DNA of 64,000 nucleotides from Octopus vulgaris (GCA_951406725.2 OX597828.1:21948001-22012000), one strand, 5' to 3'; positions 1-14,394 are shown, numbered from the stretch's first letter. Numbers and translations: made by a program. The notes: generated by a model from the sequence alone, not told the origin.

Positions 1-284
1 CGTGGGTATATGTGTGCATGTCTGCATGTGTATGTGAATGTGATAATAACATCTGTATTAAGTTAATGTAAATTCATAAAACACTCACGTGTACGAAAAT
101 GTACTCAACGACAGATTCACTCTCTGCCCCTCTCTCTCACATGTACATGTATGTATATATGTATGTATTTATGTAGTAAGCATGTGTATATGTGTTTATA
201 TTTTTATTGGCAACATGTACATAAATATTGCAATATAAATATGCTTCAAAGAGTATTTTAAGGTATAAATCGAGGGAGTATATA

Positions 285-355
<71 letters not shown>

Positions 356-360
356 ATGTC

Positions 361-391
<31 letters not shown>

Positions 392-440
392 GGGTGTATG
401 CATGTATATATATATGTACATATATGTATGTACATATATG

Positions 441-486
<46 letters not shown>

Positions 487-977
487 TATTCACATATGCA
501 TCACATGTGTGTGTGGATGTGTGAGTGTTGTGCATGCACACTTAAAAAGAAACAGAGAAGGCGTATATCGCAACAAATGTATCGATAGTGTACAAATTTC
601 AGAAGATAGCATATTTTTGGCGGTTAATCTCGTAAATTCTTTCCTATTAAAACCCTTGTCAGCTTCATTGTTAACGGACGTTTAAGCTGTGTGCAACTTA
701 TGCTCTGGCACTTCTCAGATTACGTTACATTGACTTGAGTATTCACCTGAATATGGTCCAGTGGGATAAATAATATATATAAATATATTCATATATTACG
801 AATGTGCTCATATAAACACTCATGCACCCTTACTCACATAAGCGCACACACATACATATGTCACCGTTGTAAACGTAGGTCTATAAGAGTGAGAATGGGT
901 GTTGTGTGTATACAAACATACATACGTACGTACATCCACACACACACATATATATATACTATATATATATATGTATG

Positions 978-1033
<56 letters not shown>

Positions 1034-1084
1034 TATATATATATATTTATGTATATATATATATATTATATATGCATATATATA

Positions 1085-1140
1085 GGCGCAGGAGTGGCTG
1101 TGTGGTAAGTAGCTTGCTAACCAACTACATGGCTCCCGGT
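1085..1140 (+). mobile_element. SINE family A, 5' tRNA-like head only (truncated)
   Basis: ggcgcaggagtggctgtgtggtaagtagcttgctaaccaactacatggctcccgg matches the head of the full copy at 60971. Confidence 0.75.
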
Positions 1141-1185
1141 TATATATATATGGGTGTATGTATGTATATATATATATATATATGA

Positions 1186-1745
1186 AAGGCGTACTGTTGG
1201 AATGTCTCAGTGAAGACCTCAATAAAATGTAAGCACATCAAACTTGATATAATGATTTGGGAATTAGCTGGCGAACGGATGTTAACCTAAAGCTGAAGAT
1301 CTGTGAAAAAGAGAACACCTATGCTGAACTGTTGAGAAATCTACAGTTACTCTATCCAGATCATAAGTTCAGGCTTATATTTGTAATTATTGGGGACCTG
1401 GACTATGTAAGACACCAATCTTGTGGAATTAGTCTTCTTAAAACCAGAAAGGAGAAAGCTAATTCAAAGAGTACAGATCCAGTCCATTACTGAAACCATA
1501 ATGATCTGTAAAACTTTCCAGATGTTTGTCATTTAAATGTATATGAGCATTCTAGATATACAACTATATGCATGAGAATAAATATATAAATCAAAGCATA
1601 CAGATCTGCACATGTATATACATACATACAGCAAGAATACCCTGTTGTTGATGTTGAAATTCTATTGAAGGAACCTTGGATCTAGGTTAGAAACTGGCTC
1701 CTTCTCTACTGGCAAGAAATCATGAAATAAAACTGAACAATGAAT
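1186..1745 (+). mobile_element. 3' relic of an R4/Dong-type non-LTR retrotransposon (restriction-like endonuclease domain plus probable 3' UTR)
   Basis: Frameshifted peptides [23 protein letters not shown] / DVNLKLKICEKENTYAELLRNLQLLYPDHKFRLIFVIIGDLDYV / RKLIQRVQIQSITETIMICKTF* resemble the RLE motifs HNKPD..., EK..kY..L, iPiiiGalG; stop at 1534-1536; 3' boundary approximate. Confidence 0.7.
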
Positions 1746-2140
1746 TACATGCATACAAAAATACACACATACATACATAGTGGCTGCTATTAACATATGA
1801 TTGTGTGCTATTAACACACGATAGGGCTTAGGTCAATTCTGGCCGAAGACTTTTCGAAGTGTCCAAGTATCTAAGTATAGACATGCATACATAAATACAT
1901 ACATACATATATACACAAACACAAACACGAACACACAAACGCACAAACACATGAATATGCAGAATACATACATACAAACGTACACACATACATATATACA
2001 CACGTGCACAGTCACATACATACATGCATGTATACACACATAGATCGATACATGCATACATACATACATGTGTATGAGCATATACTTTTCTACTGACCCA
2101 CACACATGCTCACAAATGAACAAAAAGAACGCAGTTTGAA

Positions 2141-2256
2141 TAACGAACAGAGTCAACAACCATTGAAATGGTTGCAAGACGGAACGAAAATTTTAGAAAA
2201 TTAAATATGTAAATGAGTGGAAACGTGACTGGTGAGTGTGTTAAATTATAAGGCGC
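2141..2256. repeat. Dispersed repeat family E (probably a PLE terminal region), copy 1
   Basis: ttgaaatggttgcaagacg...ggtgagtgtgttaaattataaggc recurs at 26635-26730 and, inverted, at 53140-53240. Confidence 0.65.
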
Positions 2257-2365
2257 TATAATCTAATCAATCTAATCGACTGTCCCCCTTCCCAAAAATG
2301 TTGGGCCTTGTGCCTAGAGTAGAAAATAATATAGTACTTAAATATAATTTTTTTCAATAATTTAT

Positions 2366-2672
2366 GGGATTGCACCTAGAAAGTTACCCTCCTAGTCACA
2401 AGTCTGGGCAAGGTGGTTTATGGAAGACCAGCAGTCGCCCATGCATACCGGCCTCCCCTCTCCACGCCACCAGTGTTATCCAAAGGAAAGGCAAAGGCCG
2501 ATACAGCTTGCACCCGTGACGTCGCAACTCATTTCTACAGCTGATTGAACTGGAGTAACGTGAAATAAAGTGTCTTGCTCAAGAACACAACACGCAGTCC
2601 GGTCCGGGATTCGAGCTCACAACCTCATGATCGTAAGCTCGACGCTCTAACCACTGAGCCATGCGCCTTCAC
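2366..2672 (-). mobile_element. SINE family C (tRNA-Arg(ACG)-like head, CORE-like body; OR2-like), full length
   Basis: Minus strand: A-box tggctcagtggt, B-box-like gctcgaatcc, body tgtgttcttgagcaagacacttt; 12-bp TSD tcaataatttat at 2354-2365 and 2673-2684. Confidence 0.85.
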
Positions 2673-3923
2673 TCAATAATTTATAATTGCACTTTATAAT
2701 TATAATATTTTTTTATATATGCAAGTATATATACATATATATTTTCTTGTTCGTGTGTATATGTGTATACCATATTTTTGAATTTTTTTAATATCATATT
2801 TCTTTATATCATTACATCCTTTATGTTTTTTCATAATCGTTAAAATTCTTTATAAACTTAAGTTTTTAAAAAGCTTTTCTGTTATAGAACCATTTTTTCT
2901 TATTTTCTCTGCCTTCGATCCCTTGTTTTCAATCACTAGATAATGTGTGCCTTCTTTCCTGATGTATTCTGAATGTAAGTTAGGCTCAGTATTTGGATGG
3001 TGTTATCCTGACCACCTTTATGTTATGCTAGGATGAATTATTGTGAAGATATTTTTTTAATATATAAGTAATCTTCTTGTTAATATCTTAAATTGGTCTA
3101 TTTATCCCTATTATCTTACCTGGTCCTTATATCCCTCCCTAAATTTTAAATGTTTACTTTTATTATACTAAATATAATAATACATGGATTTTGCAATACT
3201 TTGATTATATCGATTTTTCATCTTTGTACTCCTACTTTCATAATAACGTCCTATATTTTCTATTTTTGGCCCCTTTAATTAATAATAATTAAAGAGCTTA
3301 TGTCACCCCACCATACCTATTTTCTGGACGTTCACCGCTATCTAAATGACTTCCTCTGAGATATTTTTTTGTGTGTGTGGCCAAGGTAATCTATAGCCAT
3401 AGAGAATTAGGGTTTAGGAGAATACCTAACAATATTAATTTACGACCAGGAACTAGAATTTAACTTTCAGCTCCAAGTATCTTAATACTAGCTGCATCAG
3501 ATCTTTTGAGGAGGATAAGAGCATAGAGAAAGATTGTAGCTAAATTACCAATCCCATGATGCCCCACCGTGTTTCCATTTCTGTCATTCCCAAATTGTAG
3601 TTGTTTCACTTTAAGCTTATTAGTAGCAGCATGGGATTCTTTCCTTCTCTAGTTCTGATGAAATATTTGCTAAAATTATAATAGAACATTCAGACTGTTA
3701 AAAATATGTATTTTGCAACTGAAGATAGCGCTGTATTTCAAATTGATGTAATACATGCATTGTTCGATTAAATGGAGACGCCTGAAACGGCCGTATTGCA
3801 TTAGGACCTTCACATCCTTGTTACTTATTTGCTTATATATATATATATATATATATATACATAAATGTATATATATATATATATACGTATACATACATAT
3901 ATAGGTATGTATGTGTATGGATA

Positions 3924-3980
<57 letters not shown>

Positions 3981-4317
3981 ATATATAAGTATATATATAC
4001 TTTATATCACATATAAAAAAAAACACAATCAGCGAAGCTAACAACCTAATGCATTTGTAGTTGTATGTTTACATGTTAATCCAGGCATCCGTAGGAATAT
4101 AAAGTCAGGGACATACTTGCCTTCATATATTAGCTCAGAGAATATACGGGAATGTTCATGTGTTTTACATAAGCACTGGAGAAATGTCCATGTGATGATT
4201 TTATAATACACAAAGACTGAATCGGCTACGCACAAACACACACACACACATACACATACACATACGCAAACACACACCCCCACTCATTCACGCAAACATA
4301 CACGTATATATATATAC

Positions 4318-4349
<32 letters not shown>

Positions 4350-4379
4350 TGATAAATGTGGTCGTGAAAATATGTATAT

Positions 4380-4486
<107 letters not shown>

Positions 4487-4639
4487 TATGTGTGTGTGTG
4501 TCCGTCGTGTGCATGTGTGTGTTTCTTGTATACACATATTCGTGTGTGTCTATATATGGATGGCCGTATTTATAAATACCTATGCGTATGTTTCTCTCAG
4601 ACGAAATTTTTTATCATTTAATATATATATATACGCATA

Positions 4640-4685
<46 letters not shown>

Positions 4686-4710
4686 CATATAAACTTATAG
4701 TTATGCACAC

Positions 4711-4742
<32 letters not shown>

Positions 4743-5066
4743 ATATTTGTATACATACATACATACGGGTCTTTGTATGCGTGTGTCTATGTTTATATAC
4801 CTATAAATCTGCACATGAATACATACATGTGTGTGTGTGTGCGTGTGTGTGTGCGCGACCACAGCCGCATGACTGAAACAAATGAAAAAATAACAGAATA
4901 ATAGATTATATATTAATATATAATGTATATATATATATATATGATATGTATATAGGAAGTATATATATACACACATATGTATGTAGTTATGTATAGGCGT
5001 ATATGTATATGAACACAGACCCACGCATACACATACACACACACGCACACACACGCACGTACACGC

Positions 5067-5099
<33 letters not shown>

Positions 5100-5470
5100 T
5101 ATATATATGTAGGTTATGCATAATGTATTTTTTTCTTCTTTTCTTCGTTGCCTTTTGTACGGCAGCTAACACAGAAAACACTACACTATAAATGTATGTG
5201 AAAGCACATTATATAACATAACATTGCTGATATTCATTGCAATGTATTGATATCGGACCGGAAACTTCAATATCGCTGACCATTATCAAACAGTAGGGTT
5301 CACCTCGTCGTTACACCGGTTCTATTATATTTCTCGCCTAAATATGTTTTTTTCTTTGCGTGGTTTCTATTATGAAGACTCGAGGACTCGGATGTATTGA
5401 TTTCACGATTCATGGATTGCACATAACGCATTTCCTTATATAGATGTATATGTACATGGATACCTATAAC

Positions 5471-5517
<47 letters not shown>

Positions 5518-5675
5518 GCACACACATATACATATATATTCATATATATATATAGATGTATATATATATGTATATAAACCTACACAGATATATATTTGTA
5601 TAGTTTGTATATGTAGTATAAATGCACATATATATAAATATGTGTGTGTATGTGTGCGCTTCTGTGTGTTTGTAT

Positions 5676-5712
<37 letters not shown>

Positions 5713-5831
5713 TACTTCTTACATAGACACACACATATACACGCATATATATATTCGTTCCTATATGTGTATATGATATGAATACGAACATGTATTTATA
5801 TATGCATTTAGATATATGGGCGTGTGTTTGG

Positions 5832-5875
<44 letters not shown>

Positions 5876-6028
5876 GTGTGTATATGTGTGTACCTGTGTG
5901 TGAGTGTTCGTGTATGTACGTGTGCTGTATTCCCTTTCTATCCGACGTACATTTATATTTACTAACATACACACACATATACACACGCACGAACACACAC
6001 ATACCCACACACACATACACATACACAT

Positions 6029-6118
<90 letters not shown>

Positions 6119-7100
6119 TTATGTATACATATATTTTTGCTGTGTGCACATATATCATTATTTTAAAATAATTTCTACTCGAATAAATTTACAAACGTAG
6201 TAGCTTATCGGTGTTTGTTATATTTATAGTTTAGTGAATTTTCGAATATTCTCGAAAGATCGATTTGAAATGCGGCCAACGTTCTATTATAATTCCTAAC
6301 ATTAAAGGAGGACAAAAAAAAAACGTATGACGTGTAGATATACAATTAAATCTTCTCCAGTTCTTGTCTTGTGTCGATATTTAACCTCAGAGGTTTTCCT
6401 TTCTTCTTTAATCGGGAGAGCAAACGTTGTCTATGAGCCTTAATATTGTCATAAACTCAGGGAATTGTGGAATACAACATGTAAAGTATCACGAAACTGA
6501 AGACTTGGCGAGAAGGCTCGAAACCAATTACAGTCCTCTGAATGCATGTGGTTGCATAACGCGATCCTCTGAAACCTGTTTTGGATTAAATTATACCAGT
6601 GATGTACGCCATGTTGGGATTTCAATTCAGAATGTAAAGAAGCGAGAAAATAACGTAAGGTATTGGGCACGATGTACGTACAGTTCCGTCATTTAAACGA
6701 CAGCCGCAGGTAAACGTAATCAAATTATATCAGCGTTCAACAAACCATAATCAATGAACTATTATTGTGCTGGTTACTTAGAATTTCCATTCGACAATCC
6801 CAGATTTTGTTGATCGTGTTCATATGTATCACTTAAATGTATGCAATCCTCTTAAAAGAAGCCCGCATATCTCAAGCGTCTTATCCAAATTTCATCGTCC
6901 ATACATGGAAACAATACTCGACGAATCCATGTTCTATGTGTTCTTTTGATGAAGAAACCACATTTATTGAAATATCTACGTCTGACTGTTTACTGTTACC
7001 CGTTGTATACCCAAGACTTTTTGTTTATTCTATCTGCAGATTACTAAGATTATTACGTAACTCGGATCTTCCTGAAACAGCTCTTGGTGTGTGAAATTAG

Positions 7101-7158
<58 letters not shown>

Positions 7159-7367
7159 AATGAAATGGATAAATGAATTATCTTGTTACGGATTATTCAA
7201 AATTTAACCGATACCTGTGTAGCAAAAATCACACCAGAAAAGACACGGTTGAGGTTACGACCATGGGGTTTCGCCCCCGTGCTTTAGCGCGGATAATTGA
7301 AGTTTTATATATTTAGTGAAGGGAAGAAATGGAGCCGAACGAAGATTCTACAAAATTCCTTTTTATT

Positions 7368-7453
7368 ATTTTCTACACATGTTTCAAAGGCTGCAAATTC
7401 CCAAATTCGGATTGAATAAGGAGACCATTCTGCAGCCTTCTCTTCAGGAAAAT
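7368..7453 (-). ncRNA. Type-I hammerhead ribozyme (PLE pseudo-LTR copy)
   Basis: Reverse complement of the 8372-8457 motif. Confidence 0.8.
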
Positions 7454-8371
7454 CCAGGAATTTAAAATCTCAAAACAAATGCGCAGCAAGCTTTTCGAAC
7501 AAAACGCTCCCTAGGAGCCCATGGTAAAAATGGCACAAAACAGCCTCTCAATATGCGCTGACATCAGAGTGGGTGAAGGCCGACGAAAAAATCCGTTGGA
7601 ATAAACCTACGTAAAACCACGGTCAAATCAGGTAGGGGAAGAATCACAGAAAACCCAAAGAGTGTGAATATATTCTGTATAACTAGTGTTAATGTTCAAA
7701 TTATTTTAAGAATGACAGCTAACTTATTTGGGTGTGAGGAACTACCTACATGTATGTGTGTGTGTATGCGCCTATGTATGTGTGGCAGTATGTTAGGAAG
7801 CAGCTAGAGAGAAAATATATTGTATTGTAGGCATTGCTGGTCAAGCGGCTGATAAAATTCTGTGTCTGTGTGTTCGTCTATGACCAGTTTATATACAGAT
7901 GACTTGTCAAAAAACAGGGGAGTATAATCCCTGATATTGTTTCTAAAAAAAGTAGCAGAACATACGCTAAAAGGGGAGTAATTTCCCCTTTCAAATTTAA
8001 TTCAAAATTTTTTCCAAATTTCTTCCAAACAATTTTTTTCTTTTCTTATAACATCAAGGTGTTAATTATCTTAGGCTTCAATTGTATGCAAGAAAATTCA
8101 GTCGCCTCCAGTGGGGACATCTGAAAGAGTGTTGCAAAATCCCGTTCACCAGCTGCCCTCGGGCGAACAAAATGTGAAAAAGTTCAGAGTTACAGAGATT
8201 ACAGATTCTTTTGCCCCTATCAAACGGTACAGACTGGAATGGTCGATTTTATCGGTGGCTGTACCGTTTGATAGGGGCAAAAGAATATGTAATCTCTGTA
8301 ACTCTGAACTTTTTCACATTTTGTTCGCCCGAGGGCAGCTGCGCATTTGTTTTGAGATTTTAAGTTCCTGG

Positions 8372-8457
8372 ATTTTCCTGAAGAGAAGGCTGCAGAATGG
8401 TCTCCTTATTCAATCCGAATTTGGGAATTTGCAGCCTTTGAAACATGTGTAGAAAAT
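8372..8457 (+). ncRNA. Type-I hammerhead ribozyme
   Basis: attttc-CTGAAGA-gaaggctgcag...ttgcagccttt-GAAA-catgt-GTA-gaaaat: perfect 6-bp stem I, 11-bp stem II, minimal stem III, GUA cleavage triplet, followed by AATAAA. Confidence 0.85.
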
Positions 8458-8509
8458 AATAAAAAGGAATTTTGTAGAATCTTCGTTCGGCTCCATTTCT
8501 TCCCTTCAC

Positions 8510-8624
<115 letters not shown>

Positions 8625-8771
8625 AGACAGATAGATAGAGTGGTAGAGACATAGATAGAGATAGATAGATATCAATAAAAGCTATGTTCAATTTTTTTTC
8701 ATATTCAGCTATAATAAACATAAATTCACATTAATCTGAAGGGTTATTCTATACTTTTGTAGAGTACTATC

Positions 8772-8772
<1 letters not shown>

Positions 8773-8845
<73 letters not shown>

Positions 8846-8888
8846 CATTATTATTATTATTATTATCATTATTATTTTTATTATTATT
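8773..8888. repeat. (ATT)n microsatellite
   Basis: Direct reading. Confidence 0.95.
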
Positions 8889-8891
8889 TCT

Positions 8892-9606
8892 TAATCTCTC
8901 AAAGAGAGATTTACAATAACAGCACCATAAAGTAATGACTTTTTTCCAACATAATATGGTAGTCCCAGTATGGGACGAATGTTATTGTTATTTAGCCCCA
9001 GGAAACATCGTTTCCAGCTGGCTATACGACACAAAAAGTTTCTGTGTCCTTATATTTTCGAACAGGGGAGATCAGCACCTCTACCCAGTATAACGTCACA
9101 TACACGGACCGGTTTCTGGGTTATTGTTATTTATTAGCGTAGAGTAGCATAGTTGGCTAGATGTTGCCACTGAACTGATATCGTGAGTAATTAGATTTCA
9201 AAGTGACATACAATCACTGATCTACAAAATAGAAATATAATTTGTTAATCTCTCAAAGAGAGGTATACAGTAACAGCAACATAAAGTAATGACTTTTTGC
9301 CAACATAATGTGGCAGCCCCAGGATGGGACAAATGTAACAGTTATATATTTTTTAACAGCATTTCAGTAGCGACATCTAGTCAACCAAGCTACTCCACGT
9401 TGATAAATGGCACTAACCCAGAAATCGGTCAGTGGATGCAAAGTTGTGCTGGGTGGAATTTATGATCTCCGTTCGAAAAAAATAAGTACACAGAGTTTTT
9501 GGGGTTGTATAGCAAACTGGAAACTATGTTTCCTGGGGATAAATATCAGTAACATCCGTCCCATCCTGGGACTACCACATTATGTTGGCAAAATGTCATT
9601 ACTTTA
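8892..9606. repeat. Dispersed repeat family F in direct and inverted copies
   Basis: 8927-9178 is matched in reverse by 9357-9606; 9246-9345 repeats 8892-8990 directly; a further copy lies at 34156-34325. Confidence 0.75.
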
Positions 9607-9852
9607 AATTAATTTTTCTTATAAGAGAAGCTTGTTGGCAGCGACATCGAAGTTTCGGCGAGCGAAGCCATCTATAAACAGCGATGCATAGGAATTCGTC
9701 ATACCTTTATATAATCTCTGTTGAGTAAAATCCATTTTCGGGTGTGAGTGTTTGAGTGGGGAGGTGCTTAGGTTTTTATAGTCGGTTGTTTAGGAAAGGT
9801 GTTTTCGAAAAAAATTCATTTATTCAATTTGTGGTTATACTATTTTCATTTT

Positions 9853-10065
9853 TGCTTGTTTCAGTCATTTGACTGCGGCCATGCTGGAACGCTGCTTTTA
9901 AAGGTTATTTTTTTAACTGAAAACATTCACCTCGGGACTTATTCTTTTTAAGACTAGTACGTATTTTATCTGTCCCTTTTGCTAATCGTTAACTTACGGG
10001 GACATAAACACATCGGTTGTCAAGCGATGGGGGAAGGATGGGGGATAAACACAGCCACACAGACA
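9853..10065 (-). mobile_element. SINE family A, 3' half
   Basis: cttgtttcagtcatttgactgcggccatgctgg... matches the reverse of the 61200-61375 tail. Confidence 0.75.
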
Positions 10066-10084
10066 CATAAATATGCATACAGGA

Positions 10085-10233
10085 TTACTCATTTTTAATA
10101 GCTGATTAGACTGGAGTAACGTGCAGTGAAGTGTTTTGCTCGAAAATTCAACGCGTTGTTCGGTTCTTCAACCAAAACCACAATCATACGATCGTCATTC
10201 CAACACTTCTAATCAGTGAGCTACACGCCTCCA
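10085..10233 (-). mobile_element. Degenerate SINE family C head and body
   Basis: ctggagtaacgtgcagtgaagtgttttgctc...ctaatcagtgagctacacgcctcca is similar to 2530-2672. Confidence 0.65.
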
Positions 10234-10660
10234 TATATATATGTATATATATATATATATATCTCCGAGAACTACGTTAAGGGTACACGTGTCTGTGGAG
10301 TGCTCAGCCACTTACACGTTAATTTCACGAGCAGGCTGTTCCGTTGATTCGGATCAACCGGAACCCTCGTCGTCGTAACCGACGGAGTGCTTCCATATAT
10401 ATATATATATATATGGAAGCACTCCGTCGGTTACGACGACGAGGGTTCCGGTTGATCCGAATCAACGGAACAGCCTGCTCGTGAAATTAACGTGTAAGTG
10501 GCTGAGCACTCCACAGACACGTGTACCCTTAACGTAGTTCTCGGAGATATATATATATATATATACATATATATATGGAGGCGTGTAGCTCACTGATTAG
10601 AAGTGTTGGAATGACGATCGTATGATTGTGGTTTTGGTTGAAGAACCGAACAACGCGTTG

Positions 10661-10664
<4 letters not shown>
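10145..10664. repeat. 520-bp perfect palindrome centred on a (TA)n tract
   Basis: Checked positions pair with coordinate sum 20809 (e.g. g10243/c10566, c10149/g10660); centre 10404/10405. Confidence 0.92.
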
Positions 10665-10704
<40 letters not shown>

Positions 10705-10706
<2 letters not shown>

Positions 10707-11088
10707 AAGCACTCCGTCGGTTACGACGACGAGGGTTCCGGTTGATCCGAATCAACGGAACAGCCTGCTCGTGAAATTAACGTGTAAGTGGCTGAGCACT
10801 CCACAGACACGTGTACCCTTAACGTAGTTCTCGGAGATATTCAGCGTGACACAGAGAGTGACAAGGCTGGTCCTTTGAAATACAGGTACAACAGAAACAG
10901 GAAGTAAGAGTGAGAGAAAGTTGTGGTGAAAGAGTACACCAGGGATCACCACCATCCCCTGCCGGAACCTCGTGGAGCTTTAGGTGTTTTCGCTCAATAA
11001 ACACTCACAACGCCCGGTCTAGAAATCGAAACCGCGATCCTATGACCGCGAGTCCGCTGCCCTAACCACTAGGCCATTGCGCCTCCAC
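10705..11088 (-). mobile_element. SINE family D (tRNA-Arg(TCG)-like head; OR1-like), tail type i, full length
   Basis: Minus strand starts gtggaggcgcaatggcctagtggttagggcagcggactcgcggtc...gtttcgatt and ends ...gacggagtgcttcc in (TA)n. Confidence 0.85.
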
Positions 11089-11140
<52 letters not shown>

Positions 11141-11151
11141 TGTCTGTGTCT

Positions 11152-11199
<48 letters not shown>

Positions 11200-11519
11200 A
11201 TATATGTATGTATGAATGTATATATGTATGTATATACCATGAGCTTCCATCGTATAATATGCTTGCAAGTCTTTGGGATAAATGAGACATTCTGCGATGC
11301 TGTGGGAATGACCTCGGAAACCATGTCGTTAGGAAGTAAATTTCTTACCACATGGCTACGCCTGTATCTCTGTTTCTCACTCTCATGCACGCACACAGTC
11401 ATACAAATTTAAACACACATACGCAACAAACACACACATATATACATATATCCATATATTTATCTATCTATCATCTACATCTATGTATGAATACACACAC
11501 ACACACACATATATATATG

Positions 11520-11755
11520 CGCCCTTTTAAAGCCTAGCCAGGCTCATGGGCCCGGTTTGCCGGTTTCAATGGCGTATGCGTTCCCCAGCTGGACGGGACG
11601 CCAGTCCATCACAGCGTTACTCGTTGAGTGGACTGGAGCAACGTGAAATGAAGAGTTTTGCTCAAGAACTCAAGACGTCACCCGGTCCAAGATTCGAAAT
11701 CACAATCTTACGATCATGATGCTGACACCCTAACCACTAAGCCACGCACCTCCAC
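11520..11755 (-). mobile_element. SINE family C head with a V-domain-like tail (type iii)
   Basis: Head ctaaccactaagccacgcacctccac; tail reads gtgatggactggcgtcccgtccagctggggaa on the minus strand. Confidence 0.75.
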
Positions 11756-11761
11756 TATGCT

Positions 11762-12172
11762 CTTACTCTTTTACTCTTTTACTTGTTTCAGTCATTTGAC
11801 TGCGGCCATGCTGGAGCACCGCCTCTAGTCGAGCAAATCGACCCCGGGACTTATTCTTTGTAAGCCCAGTACTTATTCTATCGATCTCTTTTGCCGAACC
11901 GCTAATTGACGGGGACCTAAACACACCAGCATCGGTTGTCAAGCAATGCTAGGGGGACAAACACAGACACACAAACACATACACACTCACATATATATGT
12001 ATATATATATACGACAGGCTTCTTTCAGTTTCCGTCTACCAAATCCACTCACAAGGCATTGGTAGGCCCGGGGCTATAGCAGAAGACACTTGCCCAAGAT
12101 CCCACTCAGTGGGACTGAACCCGGAACCATGTGGTTGGTTAGCAAGCTACTTACCACACAGTCACTCCTGCG

Positions 12173-12174
<2 letters not shown>
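11762..12174 (-). mobile_element. SINE family A, full length
   Basis: Reverse complement of 60971-61385, including internal (CA)/(TA) linker and (gagtaaaa)n tail. Confidence 0.88.
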
Positions 12175-12249
<75 letters not shown>

Positions 12250-12549
12250 ACACACAAAAACAAACACACACACGCACACATATATCTATATATGCATGCC
12301 TGCCAAATCAAAGCATCTCTACATTGGAAAGGATTGAAAGCTATGCGATAAAACATAATTGTAAAGTTTATAAGTTAAACATTCGAAGGTCATTCTCTTT
12401 CGGTCCTTATTAATATCTATACTGAATATTTTGTTATGTGAAACATCAATGTCTCTCTTTGTAAATAATTTTACGATAAAAGACCAAATTCAAGCGAAAG
12501 TCTGCATTTTGTGTTTTATGATTGCTTTTACCAATCATACAAACATACA

Positions 12550-12866
12550 TCGGAGACCCCCTTCGGTCACGACACAGACCATGGGATTGCACCTAGAAAG
12601 TTACCCTCCTAGACACAAGTCCGGGCGAGGTTGTTTATGGAAGACCAGCGGTCGCCCATGCATACCAGCCTCCCCTCTCCACGCCACAAGTGTTATCCAA
12701 GGGAAAGACAAAGGTCGATACAGCTTGGCACCTGTGACGTCGCAACTCATTTCTACGTGAAATAAAGTGCCTTGCTCAAGAACACAACATGCAGCCCGGT
12801 CCGGGATTCGAGCTCACAACCTCACGATCGTAAGCTCGACGCTCTAACCACTGAGCCATGCGCCTC
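12550..12866 (-). mobile_element. SINE family C
   Basis: Highly similar to 2366-2672 with a small internal deletion. Confidence 0.85.
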
Positions 12867-12931
12867 TTGCACACATATACACATATGCATGCATATTTAT
12901 GCATTTATACACGTCTGCATGTATATTTGGG

Positions 12932-12967
<36 letters not shown>

Positions 12968-13364
12968 AATACACAGATAGGCACATTCATGTCTGTATGT
13001 TTATATGCAAACATACACTCATCCACTTTAAACATATATATTTATAAGATATGTAAACATGTTTATCAACGAAATTCAAGCTTATATCTCGATAAACCAA
13101 CATCCGTAACTTCAAGTTAACGCATACATTCAGAATATTCCATAGAAAAGAGACTAACATTTTTATAAGAAACATAAAACGCTTTGGTATCTACGCATAG
13201 CATATGGATATAACTTATGGTAGTGCAAGTATAGTATAGAATAGAAAAAATACGTAATCCACGGTTAATCCCACTCTTCAATAACATATGTATGAATGCA
13301 AGTACGCATGATTGCACATATAGAAACATATATACATACACACAAACACAGAAACACACACATG

Positions 13365-13422
<58 letters not shown>

Positions 13423-13567
13423 GACACCCACATACATGCATATGTATATATTCATATGTATGTGTGTGTTTACAGCACTAAAATATAAGAACCATATATT
13501 TCCATGGATTGAGTTTTATTGTTTCTAAAATACACATCTCTACAAATATACAAGTACACATACACAT

Positions 13568-13668
<101 letters not shown>

Positions 13669-14099
13669 CGCGGGTATGGAGATATCTTTTGAGAGAGTGT
13701 GAAACAGAAAAACAGATAATTTAGATATATAAACCGTCAGGCATTCCGATACTTGCGTGTATATTGATATGTACAATGGTATATATTCTCTTTTCACGTT
13801 GGTATTTATTACACACACACACACATAAACACACACACACTTACACACATAAACACACACACACACACACACAAATACATATATATACGCAGACAAGAAC
13901 GAACACGCACACATATATGAGTGTGGGTCTTTTTGTGTTCCACCTCACCATTTACTTAACGATGCTAGTTTGTTTACGTTTGTTAATCTCGGTGGAATAA
14001 GTACCTGAAATTCCATATTATAAGTACTGATAGCATTCCACTCTGAAGAAGAATAGAGGAAACAAATATATCTATACACATACATGCATAGATATATAT

Positions 14100-14387
14100 A
14101 TGTTTGTTCCTTCTCGAGCCACGCCTAGCTCATAAGGGCCGGTTTCCCGGTTTCGTTGGCGTATAGGTTCCCCACCTGGACGGAACGCCGGTCCGTCGTA
14201 GGTGAGCTGCAAGATGCAGGAGGAAAAAGTGAGGTAAAGTTGTGGCGAAAGAGTCAGCAGAAGTTCGCCATTACCTTCTGCCGGAGCTGCGTGGAGCTTA
14301 GGTGTTTCGCTCATAAACACAACCATCGCCCGGTTTGAGACTCGAACCCGCGATCCCTCGACCGCGAGTCCGCTGTTCGAACCACCA
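14100..14387 (-). mobile_element. SINE family D with tail type iii
   Basis: Head ...cgatccctcgaccgcgagtccgctg; tail ttccttctcgagccacgcctagctcataagggccggtttcccgg; sister copy at 59206. Confidence 0.8.
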
Positions 14388-14394
14388 TATAAGC

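Noticed and set aside
6427-7094. Short non-repetitive ORFs
   Set aside because: No recognisable homology or consistent splice frame
11015-11088. tRNA-Arg gene (also at 2600, 12795, 59415)
   Set aside because: These are SINE heads continuing into repeat bodies, without a proper acceptor stem or terminator
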